A stretch of 63,814 bases of DNA, the filler included, from Folioceros fuciformis (taxonomy: Eukaryota), in assembly GCA_049999805.1 (NCBI GenBank). It is 4 parts of 4 records of this genome, joined end to end, with 100 filler letters (N's around TTAATTAATTAA, not from the genome) between each part and the next. Parts side by side here need not be neighbours in the genome. Positions count along the whole stretch, not along the records: positions 45,485 to 62,695 come from JBNGIO010006348.1; positions 62,796 to 63,814 come from JBNGIO010006504.1; 2 more parts are not named here. One strand, 5' to 3'. The notes under the pieces are model-generated. The model had not been told where the DNA came from. It saw nothing but the letters and a program-made list of their open reading frames with translations, and did not search any database. This document shows positions 61,298-63,814 of this stretch, piece after piece. Position numbers and translations under genes: made by a program. Numbering within the stretch: position 1 is the stretch's first letter; the number at the start of each line of letters is the position of its first letter.

Positions 61298-61897
61298 TCA
61301 CACTTCTAGCACCTCGTCCAGCGCGTAGTTGTTTGTGGAGATGCCGGCATAGTTCACCTTCTCGAAACGCACCACAACCGGGTACTTTACGGTTGATCCC
61401 TGATCAAAGCGCATCCAAAACGATCAGAGAATGAGTCAACATATCACAATGCACCTCCATAACAAAGCCGTGCCAATCCGAGCCAATGCAAAGCAACAGA
61501 CACCACCACCTCACCTGGTCCACAGAGACAACCTTGCCGGTGTCGTTGAACCAGTAGGACTCCGGTCGAAGGATCTTCACCTGAACACACCAAGCATCAC
61601 ATTACATTTTCCATCGAACTTCCGGACTTCTCGGCACAGAACAGACAAGCAAGGGTTTCCTCAGTCCCGCACCGTGGCTCCACGCTTGGGGCCGACGGGA
61701 GGAGGGGGAGGCGCCTTCACGGGGGCTTCGACGGGAGCCTCGTCCTCAGCTCGGACGGACAGTCGGACCGAGCGAACGGGAATGGCGTTCACCGGCCTTA
61801 ATTGCACGCGGCTGGCGACGATGCTGCTGCTGCTGGAGCCGACGGCGGCATAGGCCGGCGCCACCACTCCCACCATGCTAGACGCTGCGGCGGCCAT
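61298..61897 (-). CDS. PsaE: Photosystem I subunit IV, nuclear-encoded with transit peptide; exons 61897-61673, 61580-61515, 61399-61298
   Basis: [62 protein letters not shown]; phase-0 GT-AG introns. Confidence 0.97.
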
Positions 61898-63049
61898 GGC
61901 CGTGTCTGTGCTGTGCTGTTCTGCTCTGCTCTGCCTGACGCGGCTCTGAGCACTGAGCTTCGCAGGAGGAGCGGACAATGGCGGCGGATACGAGCACTGG
62001 CACCAGAGCAGAGCGGGAATTGAATGGGCAGAGGAGTGGGAGTGCAGGGAGTGGAGCGTGGAGGACCGTGTGAGGCATGGACAGGCCTATCCTTACCTCT
62101 GGACCCTCCACCAATCCTGCTCCCCTGCGTTTCCTTGCCAGGATAGCGTTCTCTTTCTTATCTAGCCTTACTTATTCTCGCACTTTCTCCACTCGTTTTC
62201 GTTAACCTACTCATTTCCTCTCCGCTTGCTCCTCCCTCTCTGACCGTGTCGTTGTTTTCTAAATTACGAACGAGGCCCTGAGAGTATACCGCATGGGTGA
62301 AAAGAAAAGAAAACAGATATCATATTAAAAGAGATAAACATTATGACCAGCCGACTGCTCCGCGCATTCTTCTTAGTGCTGAGGGCACAAATGAAGAGCT
62401 GCCCAAAGAAAGCTATGCTCCACCGAAACAAATCCTAAGTGTATGTTGCAGTCTTGGTGTTGAGAGAACTTGTTCTTACATCAAAGCTAAGCACTAAGGA
62501 ACCCAAGGAATATTACTTTGATAATTATCTATCGAGCTTAGGATGTTATGATTGTAGAAAACCAAGGGCCTACATGATATCAGAGCCAGAAGTCACTAGA
62601 TGTGTTAGAGCCCGACAAATCACTAGGCATTAGGCATGAAGCTATTAAATCTATACTAGTATTAATATATATAACACGTTTGCTAGCCCTCTTTGNNNNN
62701 NNNNNNNNNNNNNNNNNNNNNNNNNNNNNNNNNNNNNNNTTAATTAATTAANNNNNNNNNNNNNNNNNNNNNNNNNNNNNNNNNNNNNNNNNNNNCCGAT
62801 TTAGCTCTGCGATTACCTTTTGAGTTGTCCAATATAAGAAGGGGCACCAAGGTGATCGGAAGCGCCTTGGGCTGGGTTGTGGGGGTAGCAATCTTCTTTC
62901 TTGCTGGAGTAGCAGCATAGGGTGGTGTCAAAGCAAGTGGTAGCCTACAGATGGCCACTCTTTCCAAGTATGTTAGGACCCGGTGGCAACCCCAAATATG
63001 GAAATAAGAATGGGGATAAGCATGAGGCAAGAGGTTTCTCCTGCCGAAG

Positions 63050-63560
63050 CTTCCTAACATCGGATTGGATCCAATGTGCCACTACTTTCCCTCAATCCAC
63101 CGATGTCCGCTGGGCTAACCCATAAAGAAGCAACAGAACTTCATCTACAACATGGTCCGTCTTGGTGACCAATAGCCAATTGACGACAATTAGCGCTACT
63201 CCCCGAATTCATAGGTCCTTAATATCATGGATAAACCACCCATTGGTGGTCTTGAAAGACCCTTCTATCAGGAGTGCTGCAACAACCTCCTTCACCATAG
63301 CCTTATTCTGTTGGGAGTTTAGGTAGAGGCCCCCTTGCTCCGTTGTTGGTCTCTGATAAACCTCCCTCATCATTTGGATGGTCCAAAGAAGAGGGTTGTC
63401 CCGAATCTTAGAAGACTCCGACTTGCCCCGAGTGCAACGCAAAAGTGTCCTGGCGAATTCCCAGACCACCGCTCTGGATTGGATACCCTAAGGGAATTGG
63501 ACGATCCCCAACTTCCATTGCACAATCAAGTCATTGGCGGTTGCTATCCATGGTGAGAAA
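63050..63560 (-). pseudogene. Third, more distant copy of the TE accessory ORF
   Basis: KIRDNPLLWTIQMMREVYQRPTTEQGGLYLNS...NGWFIHDI...KTDHVVDEVLLLLYGL...VDWG matches the motif order of 31142-31888. Confidence 0.65.
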
Positions 63561-63814
63561 TTTGGATACCCTTGTGTCTGTATTTGGTCCTCATTAATCC
63601 GCTAGATGTTGTCTACTTCGAGGAACTGCCCTGGTGCCATGGGGAGCGGTGGGAATGTAGAGGGAGAAAGTGTGGGTGCAAAGGAGCGGTAGTGATTTGC
63701 GCGTTGTGTGGGTCAGTTCCTGGAGGGGAGTAGGTGGAGGCGAGGAGGGCGAGAAGACGGAAGAGAAGAGGGAAGGCGTCAAAATGAGGTTGAGATGGGG
63801 CGATGGGAGGGAGG

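Overview
Repeat-rich nuclear DNA from a seed-free land plant. A hornwort is the best guess, inferred from a GRP-type DYW:KP PPR editing-factor pseudogene and short-intron, GC-rich genes. Host genes: a convergent pair of paralogous secreted peptide precursors ending in RRxL-(H)-C[IV]TSIPGGCxP (3.6-6.1 kb), a Crinkler-like coiled-coil + PD-(D/E)xK nuclease gene (24.8-26.7 kb), a Copia-disrupted cytochrome P450, a duplicated 4-TM membrane protein gene, an LBD transcription factor and PsaE. The region from 7 to 49 kb is mostly nested transposons: two inverted LINE copies, two Copia elements and several LTR fragments. It also holds a degenerate ~11.3 kb Ty3/Gypsy element whose pol has a C5-cytosine DNA methyltransferase between protease and RT and a PHD finger at the end of integrase, with a palindrome where the polypurine tract should be. 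The two strongest candidates for an undescribed system are this methyltransferase + PHD retrotransposon in a land plant and the two-cysteine peptide family. All calls are by eye from sequence and translations; no database searches were run. Several N-gaps mean adjacency across them is unproven.
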